Source: Amoebophrya sp. A120 (taxonomy: Eukaryota > Protista > Dinoflagellata). From it: 64,000 nt of DNA. The notes beneath the pieces were generated by a model. The model saw only the letters and a list, made by a program, of their open reading frames with translations. It ran no database searches and was not told the DNA's origin. The position numbers and the translations under genes were made by a program. The number at the start of each line of letters is the position of its first letter. Position 1 is the stretch's first letter. The stretch spans positions 9,249,412 through 9,313,411 of the forward strand of contig CAJINV010000002.1 of assembly GCA_905178155.1 (NCBI GenBank). The letters run 5' to 3'. Shown in pieces: positions 25,501-38,008 of the stretch.

Positions 25501-28500
25501 CAAATCTGCATGCTGAAAATGTTTCTCATGCAAAGCCCCACAAGAAGCATTTTCTAGTCGTGTTTTGGCATTTGTGATGCTATGATCAGCATGATATGCT
25601 AGGTATGTGATGCTTCTGAACTACCTATTAACAGGATTACACTACGAGGACAAACTTGTCAAGCGACACAACCAAAGCCGGCTAATTTGTCTAGCAGATT
25701 TCCCATCTCGACTCTGGTGGGGGGACGTTTTTACTCAGGATACGGGGGCCATGAACCTGACCGCCTGCTTACCCTGGTGCGATTTCCCGGAGAGCGTGCT
25801 GAAATACGTAGAAGCGTCGAACTTGTACCAGATTCAGTACGCGAGTAACGAGGGTGCGGACGAGCTGGAAGTTTCCGACAGCGACGAGGACAAACGGCAG
25901 GCGCGGAGACAGCTGGCGAGGAACCGATTTTTGTTGGAGAAAGCGAAACAGAAGTACCTGTCCGAGGCGGAGAACGAGGGGGACATGAACCTGGAAGACG
26001 AGTCCGACATGGAAGACGTCGACTTCGTCGGCGACGCGCTCAAAGTGTTCGTCAAGTGGACCTACAAATGCCACGACGAGTACGACGATTATCTGAAGTC
26101 GCAGGGCCGGTTTCTATTGATGGAGGCGGAGGAGGAGTTGGAGCAGGCCAACGCGGAAATGGAAGAACGGAAGGTACCGCAAGCGAAAGTTCCAGTCAAA
26201 CCGAAGGATGGGAAAAAAGAGGCGGGAGCTTCGATTGTCGGGGAAACCCTCGCGAATGCTGCGGGGGCGTTGACGAAGTCGCTGACGAAGAGCGATGTTG
26301 CGAACGAGAAAGCGAAGAAGGAAAAGAAGGCGGGGAAAAAAAAGAAAAAGGAGGGGAAACACAAACTGAGTGATGACGGGGCTGGTGATAGCAGTGATAG
26401 TGGTAGGAACCCAGCTTCAGACTCAGCGGGGGGGATAAGAGAAGAAGACCAGCACTTCGGCCTGCAGGATACAGATGAGATGACTGATGCTGAGCACTAC
26501 AAGGCAATGGAAAAATTAGTGCAGCTACACTTGGACTCGAAGGTGACGACGAACAGTGCACTGAGTTCGCTGAACAACCAAGCAGAAGCAGGTCGTGTAG
26601 AAGGTGGGGTAGCGGCCGCGCCACGACCTAGTGAGTCACTGCTTCCGCCAGACGTCTCAACATCACATGCGCACGCAACTCCTGCAACAGCTACTGTCAC
26701 TGCATTAGGTCGCGAACTCTTCGAAAGCGTAAACAGAGGTGCTGCATCAAGAATTGACACTGAAGCAGTACCAGCCCCGGAGGTGGACAGCGACGAAGAA
26801 GATATTACAGTTACGAGTGGTGACAGCTCTGTTCTTGAAGAAGGCGAAGACGACGAGAGGCTTGGGGTTACTGCAGCCGCAGGAGGCGAAGATGGTGTGT
26901 TGGACCCCTACGAAGAAAAAGAAGACACCTACCGAAGGAAGATTCTGGATTTCCTCGTGAACGGCGGAGCCTGTCCCGATTTAGAAGAGGATGTTGACCT
27001 TTCGCCGTCCCCGCGGGCACAGGGGGACGATGTAGTTCTTTTGCAAGGCGGACAAACCGCAGAAGACGCGGAACACAGAACCGCGGCTGCGTTTTCTGAA
27101 GAAGATGAGAGCTTCAGTGGGCTTCTACAGAACAAAAACCGCGCGGCCACGAAGGTCAATGCACTGTCGCCGCCACCGCCTCCGCCTGTGCCGCCGCATT
27201 TGCTCATGAAAAAGCCGGTCAAGAACTTTGCAACGAGGGGCTCGCGACGAGCAGAAGAAAAAAGCTTCGGAACAACAGCTAAGGTTCTCAGCCTGCCCAG
27301 GGAGGAAAATATCAAAGCGGGAACTTTGAAAGTTGACAATAGTGATTTCCTTCTCGCTCAAGTCGCCGCCATCATCAACGACCAAGATGAAGCTACGGCA
27401 GCTTCTAAAGCGTCGCTCAGCATCGATCCGACCGCAGCAGCTCTCTCGCCCGCGGACCACGAAGTAGATCATGCCTCCGTTCCGCGGGAAAAGTTAAAGC
27501 AGGGAAGTGTGAAGAAGGTGGCCTTTCCCTCGGCGCGGAGAAAAGTAAGTGCGGCTATGAGCAACGCAGCGTCTTTTGAGGATGAGGATGCTGCTCTCGA
27601 CGATGATTTTCGAGAGCAAGGTGGCGATGCCGGTTCGAATTTCAAAGTGCCCTATCTGTTCTATCCTGACGATGATGTTGAAAACAACTGTGCGCCGGAA
27701 AATACCGAACCAGAAGCGCAAGGAGCCAAACTCTCCAAGGCCGGTGGCGACTCTAGTTCCCCTTCTGTCGCTGCGTCAGGAGAAGAAGAAATTTCCGAAG
27801 ATGACGAGAGCTCTGTTTTGCTCTCCTCGGAAAGTGACGAGAGTCAAGAGCTGAACACCAGCGACATTGACATTGCGGAGTTCCTTCCCTCCAGTCCCTC
27901 GAAGCCGCCGGTCCGGAATTTCAAAGTGAATGAGAACAGAAACAGAAGAATAATAGCTTCAGCATCCGAGGACGACGATATGGGGAATAATGTGCCATCA
28001 TCTTCCTCCAGCGACAGAAGCGGCAAAAGAAGCAGCTCCAGCGAAGATTTTTCAACGAGCAGCGAAGACGACAGCGTTTCCTCGGACGATTTTGAAAAAA
28101 TGGAAACGCTCCCGACGAAGGACGTCATCGCGCGGGATAAATGGCAGCTGTTCCGCGAGGCGTTCATGACGGACGGGGAAGAAAGGGAGAAGTTACTGCT
28201 CCAGTACGAAAAGTGTGGAACCGCTCCAAATCTGTTCAACAGCAGCGAGGACCTCGGGAAGGTGGGGTTTCGTGCTGCGGGTGGCGGTTTATTGGATGGA
28301 CCGTCTACTTCAAGGGTGAAACCCGCGCGCGGAGATTTTTCCGATATGTTCCAAGGCGGTCCTGAAACGTTTTCGGAAAGAAGGCATGATATTACGGTCG
28401 TGTCTAGCGATGAAGAGAAAGACGCCAGTCCGGATCTCCGGGAAGATCCAGGGAGACATCTTGACGCCGATCAAGCTGCAGACGGGCTTCTTCAAAATAA

Positions 28501-31500
28501 GGCTGCCACTGTTCAGCTCGAAAAGAAGGACGACAGTACCATTGTGAAACCCAAATCGCACAGCACACTTCAAGAAGTACTAGAGTTACACATGGATAAA
28601 GGCGAAACATCTATTAACGAGCAGAACGTCGACGCTAAGAACAAACACGAAGAGCACGGTCTTGACCTTGCGGATAAGAACAGTGAGCAAGAGATCTTCG
28701 ATATGGACTACAAGATTCAGATTTTCAGCAAAGCGACGGAATCTTTCTCACGAGGCAGTAGCAAAAGACCTGAAAATGACAACGATTTGGAAGATAATTT
28801 TGAAGAAAGTGCTCTTGTTGCAGAAAGAGGAAAAGACCTCGAACTCGTCGATCAGCACGACCTCGATCACGCTTACGATGCCGAATTTTTGGAACAGTGC
28901 CGCGCAGGGAGTCTAGACGCACGGTTCAGGCAAAGCATCGAGAAGGATATCGACGTGGACCGAATGAAGCTATTAGCGCAGGAGGAACAAGAACGCACGA
29001 TGACCGAAAGTGGCGGCGTGGCTCCCGTGATCAACAACTTTGATTTTGACGAACAAGTTGCAAACGAGGACAAATACATCCAAAGCAGATCCCCGTTGCG
29101 CCTGAAGTTCAAAAACTACCACGGGAAGAAAAGCAGAAACGACAAATCCAGCGGGCCCTCATCATCGGAGGACTCGGAGGGGAGTAGTGATGACTCTAGT
29201 ACATCCTCCACCTCCAGCAGCGGTGGTTCAGGCTCTGACTCGTCAGGGGAAGGAGTGCGCGATGGGAGAAAGCGACCGTTCGCAGAGGATTTAAAGCACG
29301 CGCAGCCGGAGGAAGAATTAGTACGAGTGATTTCTAACCCTCCGGATGACTTGAAGTTCGTGCAAAGCTTTTCTCCGCCGAGAAGGAAACCTGCAGCATC
29401 TACTTCGCAGACCGCCTACGGTAGTCTTGCCGGGAAGAATTTCACTTCAGGCGGTTCGAAGCCATCCAACCTGTTTTCGACAAGAAATACCGGCACGGGA
29501 CAAGCATCTTCAAGGGGGTCACTTTCAAGTTCGAACTCAAAAAAGGATTCTCTTTCATCACCTTCAGCTGTTTCCAAGAAAAGCTGGCCGTCGAGGGCAA
29601 AGAAGAGTTTCTTCACTTCATCAGTGTTTTCCTCGTCGAAAAATAAACCGAAACTCGTGACGGAGCTCGTCGAGGGTGTCATGTCCGCGGATAACGCATT
29701 TACCCCACGAAACTCGAAGTCAGCGAAAGCTGATGCGAAGAGGGCCTTCAAGATGATCAAGCCAGACGGTGGCGCTCGTAGCAGAGATGATGTTGATGAA
29801 ATAAACGAGGTCACTATTAAGAACAGCAGTGAAGAAGAAGAATTCTTGAATCCAGCAAGAACGCCCGGGCCCGCCACGACTCTGGTCAAATCGGAACAAC
29901 AGTTTAAAGAGCCCTCTACGTCGCTTCCGGTTGGTTTGCGAAGCCGAGCAGGGGTGGACCACATCCCCGTCTCGCAACACGAAACGGAAAGTTACGCAAC
30001 CAGGAACAACTTGAGCAAGCGAGACGCAGCGCGCATGCTGATGGATGAACAAACGCGGCTGGAGCTGGATCTGCAGAACCAGGACTTTTCCCCGACGAAA
30101 CTGCGCGACGAGCTGGATGATAGGTTCTTGAAGCAAATCCCCGGCGCAACGCTGCTGACGGCGGAGGAGTGTGAGGAACAGATGATCGAAAGAAAACTCC
30201 GGTATTTGGAGAAGGTGAAAGCTGCGAACTCCTCTGGTGATAAGCGAAAAGGCACGACAGTGGGCAGTTTGAGTAGCGCTCCGCAGCGAAAAAATGAACC
30301 GTTAAACAAGCCTGGTCTTGTTTCACTTTTGTCATCTCCTGATACGGCTGGTAGAGGTCCTCGCACAGGAGTGTCGACGAAGCTGGCGACCATAACAGAG
30401 GAACCAACCACACCACTCGCGAAAGAGCGCTCCACGACTCTGCACTCCTTTTGGAGCAAACTTCCAAGAAGCGACGATGGAAAGACGGAGACACTATCGG
30501 CTAGAAGCTTCCCCTTTTTCAACACAGGCAGGAGCAGTGCTAGAAATGATACGGAAATAGTAAACAAAAGGACAACCGCTGTCAAATGTCCGGTGCGCTC
30601 GGTGGTCGAACGGGGCCTGAACGCGGACGGCGGTGAGGAGCAGGACAAAAACAGTTCGGAGGAGGCGAGGAAAAGTGCGAACCTGAAGCAACGAGCGGCG
30701 GAAGCTTTTACGCGGGCGAAACGGCATCCCCTCGTGGAAGAGGAGGATCTGGTAGAGGCGGAAAAGAAAGAACATGGAGAAAAATCTTCAGAGACAAGCA
30801 TCGCCGAAGAACGTCTGTTGAACGCAGAGGGCGAGCACCGATCAATGCTGCGGGAGAGTGCTGCAGAGGAAGACTTCGAAGAAGAAGATGATACAGATCC
30901 AGCAAATGAAAAATCAAAGAAAATTCCTTGGTGGTTGGAGGCGCAACACGAAAAAGATAAAGCGCAGGAGCGCGCGGTGCGGGAAAAGCACTCGAAGCCA
31001 GACCCGCGCGTCGTGCAAGTTGGTGAAGAAGATCGAGGACGTGCAGTCAGTTCTTCTGCGCAGCCGAGCAGATCCTCGGCCTCTTCTGCATCACAGGCAA
31101 CAGCGGAGTTCCGAGCGACATCAAGCCGTCCAGCAATGAAGCACGTGATGCCCTCGCTGAGAAAGCAGCTGTACTACGGGATGCAACCTGGGAGAAAATT
31201 GTTTCACCGCATGGCCAATGCCAGGAAGAAGTACAAGCTTGCGGGTCGGGACCATGTAGACAAGAACCTGAAGGATTATAGGCAGAAGTCAAGCTCAAGA
31301 CCTAAATCAGTGTCGTCAACACCTTCGCCAAAATCTACTAAACTTCTGTTCGAAGGCGCGCATCAAATGGCGGACCCCGCGCAGCTGCAACAGATGGAGC
31401 AGCAGTACCAGCAGCTGGTCGCGTATGGAGAGAAACAAGTTTGTCACAGTCACTAACTTGCAGGTTTTGCATTACAAATTTTCTCAGCATCACAAACTTT

Positions 31501-34500
31501 CCTTGTGTTGCAGAAACACTAGGGAAATCCCTAATAAAGTTTGGCTGTGATCATGCATTTTTACGCATGACAAACAATTTTGTATTTCAAGAATGCGCAT
31601 GAGTGATCGTGACGAACTTTTTTTCTTTGATATCGCGGAGTTCCAGCAGTTAGAGGCGATCGTCGTGAACGAACAGGGCGGGCAGCCCACACCAGAGCAG
31701 GAGCAGCAAGCAAACATGCTGATGCAGCAAGCCGGCGAAATGGAGCAGCAAATCGCGCAACTGCAGCAAGAGCTGGGCGGAGCGGGTGGAGGCGGTGCTG
31801 GTCCGCCGGCTGGTGGAGGTGGTGACGTGAATCAGCTGCAACAGCAACTCGCACAGCTCCAGCAGGAGTTCGCGCAACTGGAGCAAATTGTGCTCAATGA
31901 GCAAGGCGGACAACCAACCCCGATGCAAGAGGAGATGGCGAACAATTTGATAGCCATGGGCCAACAGCTGGAGCAGCAGATCGCAGCGTTGCAAGCCGGC
32001 GGGGGCGGCGGTGGCCCCGGGCCGCCAGGCGGTGCGGGGGGCGGCGGTGGCGGGGGTGGGCCGAGCCGGGCCGCGATCCAGAATGCGCAGACGCTCGAAG
32101 AAGTCAATGCGCTCGGGAACGAAGTCACCGCCAAGCAGCAGCAGCTGGAAGCTCGCGGCGTGGAACTAGAGCAGTTAGCTGCGCAAAACCCCGGCGGGGC
32201 TCCAACCCCCGAGCAGCAGGAGGAGTTTGAGCGCTGCATGGCCGAGCACGCGGAGTGCCTGGAGTTGCTTCAACAACTCGGGCAAAAGGCGGAGCAGCTC
32301 GCCGGCGCGAGTCTCGGTGCGATGGGGGAGGCGCAGCTGGCTGCCGCGGTGAACCAGGCCGAGGCGGAAGCCGCGCAGGCGATCCAGATCAAGCAGGAAC
32401 TGGATGTGAAATTGAAAGCGCTCGAAGAAGAAGGGGGTAGGCTCGCGAACCTGAAAAAACCGACCAAAGCGCAGAAGAAAAAGACCGTGATGATCCAGCA
32501 GCAATACAACCGGCTGTACGAGGCCCAAATCGAGCAAGTGGCGCAGTTGGACTATCTGAAGCAGAAAATTGTCCGGCTGAAGCAGATGCAGAACAGCTCG
32601 GCGAGTCAGCAGTTCCGGCTGCAGCTGAAGGAAGTGTACGAGCAGCAACTGGCAAACCTGGAGGGCATGCGGGACGCGATGGAGTACGAGATGCAGCAGA
32701 TGGAGCTCGTGCTCCCGGAGCACCAACAGGAGCTGAAGAACGTGAAGGACGAAATCGAGCGCCTCAAGCGGGACATGGACCGGGTGCAACGGGGAGAGTC
32801 GATCGATGACATGTACGAAGAGGACGGGGTGACGCTGAAGAAGAAGTCGAAGATATCCTAAGGAAAAATCCCCCCTCACCATATTGAAAAGGTATGTTTA
32901 GGAAAATTTGCGTTGCTGAGTTGAGGTCACAAATCACATTTGTCTTGCAAGAAGACAAGGGCAGAAGCTTCCGCCCCATTATGGACGCGATTTGTCATGC
33001 TGTTGGGCCTAAAGGGGAGCCGCTTGCCATGCTGAACAAGTAGACCCATACGCCCCTACCTAGCCTGGAAATCTGGCCGCAGTGCCTCCCTGCAATGCAA
33101 AGCTGATTTGTGTACGCAAATCCAGCATCAGAAGTTCCGTGTCGGTTACTCCGTTTTTTGGCCGTTTGCATGCGTCCCCACGTTGGTTTGTCTTGCGAGA
33201 CTCTCCTTTTCTAGTGGTGGTTTTTAGTTGTACCAGTGTAATGATGCCAGCTTTAGGGCGTTTTTATGTAATGTGGAATTAGAACTTGTTTTTTGGTAGT
33301 ACTCCTTTCTATACTTTTTTTGATCCCTCGGTGCTAGTGGGCACATTAGTACGAAGTTATTTCTACTCAGATAACAACACAGCTCTCTACGCCGCCTTCC
33401 CAGGAGCAGTTGTTGCTGTCTTTCGGTAGAAGTCACATCGTCCAAATAATCCTACTAGAGTTTACCGGGTATGTGGTTTAAGTTTTTTAGATATAGTCTA
33501 AACAGGGACGCCCAGCCCTTAGCCATCCAAAATCAGAAGTTCCGTTTTGATATAGGGAAGGGGGATTTTTCCTTTCGATAGAAGAAGGAGCTGGCGAAGG
33601 AAAAAGAACAGGACATCAACGAGAAATTCAACAGCGAGCAGGAACTGAACCTCGGCCTCGTCCTGGACGACGCGGTCGCCTGCCCCCCGCGGCTGAAAGA
33701 ATTCATGTCCCCGAAGTGGGAGGCGCGGTGGACGCACTGCAAACTGCAGCGCGGGGACCTGATCCTCGGCATGGGTCCGTCGCCGTCAGCCATCGTGAGT
33801 TGCGCGGCCATGAACGACAAGGGGGCCAAAGCGATGATCAACCAGCTCTCCATGAGTTGCTACCAGCAGCGGCCTATCAAATGTAAAAATGTCTGCGTCT
33901 GGAAGAGTCATGTTGTTTTTGCATGACACAGAAGGGCTGGCATGGAAGCTCTAGCATCACAGGTTTCGAGAAGCTTCCGCCATACCGAATCCGCATGACA
34001 AGTTCCCCATTTTGGTGACAGAAATTGGGCAGCTTTTGCTACCTATGCATGAGAGACTTTTCTGTGTTCTGAAATGCGCATCACAAGATTGCACTCTTCC
34101 AGACCCAGTCCCAGACATTTTTGCAATGCATACGGCCGATTTACCTGGAGCGGCGGCGCGTGCGCAGGGACGAGATCATCGTCATCTTCGAGGCGGGGGA
34201 TGAGACGAAGGAGCAGAAAACGCCGGAGTACAAACAGTTGTTGAAAACGGCCGGAAACTTGTTCAAGAAGCACATGACCAAGATCGGGCTGTTCTTCGTG
34301 AACGACAACCAGAAACCCCCGCGCGCTCTGAAGGACATGCACCACAAGTCCTGGTGGACGGACAAGGGCGTGGAGGCGGGGGCGAAGTTGGTTCTCGTGA
34401 ACGGGGTGAACGTCGAGGCGCTCACCTTCAAGATGTTGATGCAGCAGTTCGGGACCTTTTTCGCGCACGCGCGGCCGCTGTCCATGGTGTGGCGGACCTC

Positions 34501-37500
34501 GGCGACGAACAGCCAGAACGTGGTGGCGGACCACCTGCAACGCGAGGAGCAGTTGATGCTAAAGCAGGTGTACAAGCTGGACGGGTCGATCGACACCAAG
34601 GAGATTTTGCTGAAGAAGATGGGGAAGGTGGGGATTCGGTGGCCCCGGGTGTACCTGACCATGCGCCGGATGAACTTCCGCCCGGTGCGGGCGCGCCGCC
34701 TCGACGTCCAGGGCGTCGCGACGTTTGGCACGACGCACGCCCAGAAGCACCAGAAGAAGGGGGAGCAGGAGGCGATTATCCGGGACCGGGTTCCCGGCAC
34801 GCTAGAGGACCACGTGCTGGAGCAGTCGCGGTGGCAGAGCGTGAACATGTTCCGCGGCGAGGCGCACGCGGGGAACATCAGCATGACGTCCCGGATCCTG
34901 TACAAGGACATGCGGCCGCATCGGCAGAGCAGGAGCGTTTTGGCGGCGATGTTCAACAGCCAGCAGCTCCGCGACATGCACGCGGAGGTCCCCCCGCAGG
35001 TCCGCGTGCGCATCTACGTGATCCGCGCCACGGGGATGGAGGAGGGCATGCTATCGCAAGAAAAAATTGTTTCACTGTAAACTTGTAATGCAGAAAATGT
35101 ATCTTAGAAATCTTTGTCTTGCTACACATGCAAGACAGTCGATTTTTAGCTGTGTTTTCCCTTAGGAACCTCGCATGGCAAATTTTTCTGTCATGTAGAG
35201 CAAACTTGTGTTGCAAAACTTGCAAAATCCTTACAGTGAAACACTTTTTTCTTGCGATACATGCGGCCCATGCTGTACTTCCGGTTCGGCGACGACGTGA
35301 AACGGTACGAATCGCTTCTCGAAGCCGGGCAACTGTCGTCGACGAACCCGATCTTCTACCGGGTGGAAGAGCGGGACATCGTCTTTCCGCACGAAGCGAG
35401 ATTGGAGGTGGGGTTGTTCGACCAAAATTTGGAAGACGAGCTGCTCGGAAAGAAGTCGAAAGCCGCGGTCGTCGGGAAACAAACCACCACTACTGTGAAT
35501 GCTTTTGAAACGATGAACCCCGCCGCCACCATGGCCCCCGGGGCGACCGGGGCGAACGGCAAGTCCAACACTTCGAAGCTGAAGAGACTGGACCCCATGG
35601 CGGTCATATCCAAGAAAAAAACATTGTAGGTGTAACTTTCTTGGAGGATTAGCATGACAAATATCTCTCGCATGAAAGCAAAAACCTGTCATGCGCAGAT
35701 AGTACGGGAAAACGCCGTTGAATGGGCCCTACGATGCATGCCAAGCATCACAGACGCAATCATCTTGCATGTTGCGCATCAGAAATTTACACAAACAACG
35801 TTTTTTTCTTGGATAGGTCATCGGCTCCACCGTGATCGACCTGGAGGATCGCTGGTTCAACCCGGTCTTCCAAAAGTATATATCAAATGTAAAAATGTCT
35901 GGGTCTGGAAACTTGTGATGCTGTGTGGCGTATCATGAGGAGGCCACAATTGCTGGCTCAGCATGACAAGTTTCTGAGCTTCTAGGTGTTGCCTATTCTG
36001 CATGACAGACTGCGTTTCTGCATCACAGAAAAATGGAGCTCTTGGGTAACGTGCATGACAGATTTAAGAATCATGCCAGACAAGCATGACAAACGTGCAT
36101 TCTTCCAGACCCAGACATTTTTACATTTGATAGTATATGGCGGGCAACAACATCCCGATCGAGTACCGACCGCTGTATTCGCTCGACTTCCAAAACCCGA
36201 AGCGGCGCGGGCAGGTGGAGATGTTCGTGGAGATGCTGGACTCCGAGCGCGCGGTGAACATTCCGGCCCAGGTACTGACCCCCCCGCCCAGCACGGAAAT
36301 TGAGATCCGGGTCGTGATCTGGTCCTGTCGGAACATCACCATGCTGGTTTTGGAAGAGGAGCAGGACGAGGAGGTGTTAGGGGAGTGCAGAATTCCCCCT
36401 CGTCTCCCCTCATGGTCATGCAAATACACGACGGCTCCAAGTGCTAGTGCTGCCTTCGTCGAGCACTATTATGCATGTTGACAAGTTCTACTTTCCACAC
36501 TGCAAGCCGCACGGGTGCCTCCTGCGTGGATTTGTCCTCACGCAAAGGTCTCAAGTCTGCTGTTAGTTGTGTAGTTGTTGCTGCTCATGCTTTTTAGATC
36601 GGGGGTGTAGTTGGGGAGTTCTTGTGCACTCTCATAGGTTTCAACCGCGGATCTGAAAGTGAAGGCTGCGTTGGACAGTGGTAATTTCCTCGGTACGCAG
36701 CCGAACGTGCAGGAAACCGACATTCACTACATGAGCACGGGCACGACCGAGTACAATTGGCGGTTTTGCTTTTCCAACATCGCGGTGCGGGAGGGGTTTC
36801 CGCTCGATGTGGAGTTATCCCTGGGGATTTTCAACGCCCGCGTGCTGGGTGCGGACTTTATGATGGGCGAGGCCACCCTGGATTTGAAGCAGTACGTGAC
36901 GTATGTGGCCGCCGAGCAGAAGAAGATCGAGGTGAACGCCGAGATCCCGATGACCAACAAAAAACTGGTGGAGATCCTGCAAGCGCGTAACGACGCGAAG
37001 CTCGCCAAATCGGAGCAGTTGCGGCGGCTGGGTCTGGACAACATGGACACGGAGGGAATGAGCGACCGCGCCAGCGCCATGGCGAAGGCCCGCGCGATGA
37101 AGCGGATGAAGCAGGGGCCGGAGGAGCTGAACCAAAGGCTGATGGAGGAATTGGAGCAGGAAAACAACGCGATCCGAAAGCAAACCGCAGCCGAGCAGAC
37201 GCCGCAGAGAATTCCGCCCGTCGCCCTGGCCACGGTAAACGTGCAGGTTCTGACACAAGCCGAAGCGGACCAGGAGGACCACCGGGTCGGCATGGGGCGC
37301 GATGAGCCCAATCGGGATCCCGTTTTGCCCTTCCCCGCGAGCGGGCGGAGTTGGGATGCGGTGCTGCCGGCGGCGAAGGTATTTTTAACTAGCCCTACGA
37401 CGTACTTAGGAATGCATATGCAGACTTTCTTTGCCGCGCTGTTTCTTTTTATTTTCACATTTACGTTGCCGCGGCTCAACATCATAGCACAGGCAGCCAG

Positions 37501-38008
37501 ACCCTGATGATTTGGATAAAAAAAGAACAACCGATTGTAATTTGTTCAGCTGCTTATCCAAGCGGTCGGCGACGCGATTGAAGCTTTACGTTCCAGCGGA
37601 TTCACGGCGTGCTACGTCATGGTTTTCGTGGTAGCCTTGGGTTGTTGGACCTATTTTGTCGACGATTTTCAATGCATGTACTTCGTCCAGGCCTCGTGCT
37701 GCGTTCCAGGCACCTGCGGCGACTGCAGCTGGATGTGCCAGGAGTCCGGATTGGAGACCAATGCGGAACTGATGCGGGCAATGTGCTACTATACCTGGAT
37801 GAGCGACGAGGAGGTCATTGCGCACTGCGCAACGGCGTGCGGCGGAACCTGTGCGGATCAGCCACTCTGCTCGCCTGGCTGTATCCAAGCAAAACAGGTA
37901 GACGCCGCGGGGCTCACCGGGGCGGAAGATGCAAGGAGATCACTGTTGCAACAGGATCGGGCGAGTAAAGTACAGTACACGCCCTGGGACGCGTATGCCT
38001 ATCGATAG
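19594..38008 (+). CDS. Giant ferlin-family multi-C2-domain membrane protein (~4347 aa) with 13 introners and one ordinary GT-AG intron (37379-37549)
   Basis: Ferlin motifs after splicing: NPYVEVSFAG, PRFFNFY, IGSTVIDLEDRW, EIRVVIWSCR, QETDIHY..G..EYNWRFCF, GMGRDEPNRDPVLP, and a C-terminal TM (CYVMVFVVALGCWTYF). Spliced length 13,044 nt = 4348 codons. Confidence 0.85.
20057..20377. mobile_element. Introner, family B (321 bp)
   Basis: TAA...ATA; TIR core aaaaacgtccccacccc; direct repeat gttcg/gttcg; removal gives QSQF-DGAS. Confidence 0.9.
20707..20967. mobile_element. Introner, family A (261 bp)
   Basis: TAT...ATA; direct repeat gctcc/gctcc; removal gives MKL-RQAY. Confidence 0.9.
21235..23081. 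mobile_element. Introner, family B, carrying a 1.55 kb nested insertion (1847 bp total)
   Basis: Perfect 32-bp TIR tatcctgagtaaaaacgtacccacaccagagt; direct repeat caggg/caggg; removal gives LIQG-RLSF. Confidence 0.9.
21492..23042 (+). other. Nested GT...AG insertion inside introner
   Basis: Starts gtaagt, ends cctttag. gcattacaactctggtgtg is duplicated at 21474-21492 and 23042-23060. Confidence 0.8.
23418..23567. mobile_element. Introner, family C (150 bp)
   Basis: TAT...ATA; TIR core tgcaaaagtatc; direct repeat gcggc/gccgc; removal gives NFCG-RVLT. Confidence 0.85.
25256..25408. mobile_element. Introner, family C (153 bp)
   Basis: TAT...ATA; direct repeat cggaa/cggaa; removal gives PIAE-IHMY. 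Confidence 0.9.
25462..25742. mobile_element. Introner, family B (281 bp)
   Basis: tatcctgag...ctcaggata; direct repeat cgggg/cgggg; removal gives VGTG-AMNL. Confidence 0.9.
31424..31632. mobile_element. Introner, family E-like (209 bp)
   Basis: TAT...ATA with degenerate 24-bp TIR; direct repeat tcgcg/tcgcg; removal gives QLVA-EFQQ. Confidence 0.85.
32854..33580. mobile_element. Introner, family D, with nested insertion (727 bp total)
   Basis: TAT...ATA; TIR aggaaaaatccccc; direct repeat gaaga/gaaga. Subtracting insert plus duplication (405 bp) gives 322 bp, the family D length. Confidence 0.88.
33141..33522 (+). other. Nested GT...AG insertion inside introner
   Basis: Starts gtcggt, ends cccttag. 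atcagaagttccgt is duplicated at 33127-33140 and 33532-33545 (21 bp with 2 mismatches). Confidence 0.75.
33875..34132. mobile_element. Introner, family A (258 bp)
   Basis: TAT...ATA; direct repeat cggcc/cggcc; removal gives QQRP-IYLE; reverse-complement relative of 53869-54124. Confidence 0.9.
35052..35259. mobile_element. Introner, family E (208 bp)
   Basis: TIR tatcgcaagaaaaaa..tgtttcactgtaa; direct repeat catgc/catgc; removal gives EEGM-RPML; closely similar to 51928-52138. Confidence 0.9.
35607..35815. mobile_element. Introner, family E-like (209 bp)
   Basis: TIR tatccaagaaaaaaac; direct repeat ggtca/ggtca (can be read as GT-AG); removal gives MAV-IGSTVIDLE. Confidence 0.9.
35881..36132. 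mobile_element. Introner, family A (252 bp)
   Basis: Perfect 30-bp TIR tatcaaatgtaaaaatgtctgggtctggaa; direct repeat gtata/gtata; removal gives FQKY-MAGN. Confidence 0.92.
36378..36636. mobile_element. Degenerate introner (259 bp), readable as GT-AG intron 36374-36637
   Basis: TAG...ATA; residual TIR gagtgca..gaattcccc / ggggagttc..tgcactc; direct repeat ggtgt/ggttt; removal gives QDEE-VSTA. Confidence 0.75.

Noticed and set aside
19594-38008. Ferlin and sirtuin loci as transposon-disrupted pseudogenes
   Set aside because: Exons have no stops or frameshifts, motifs are intact, and all insertions obey one frame-restoring rule.
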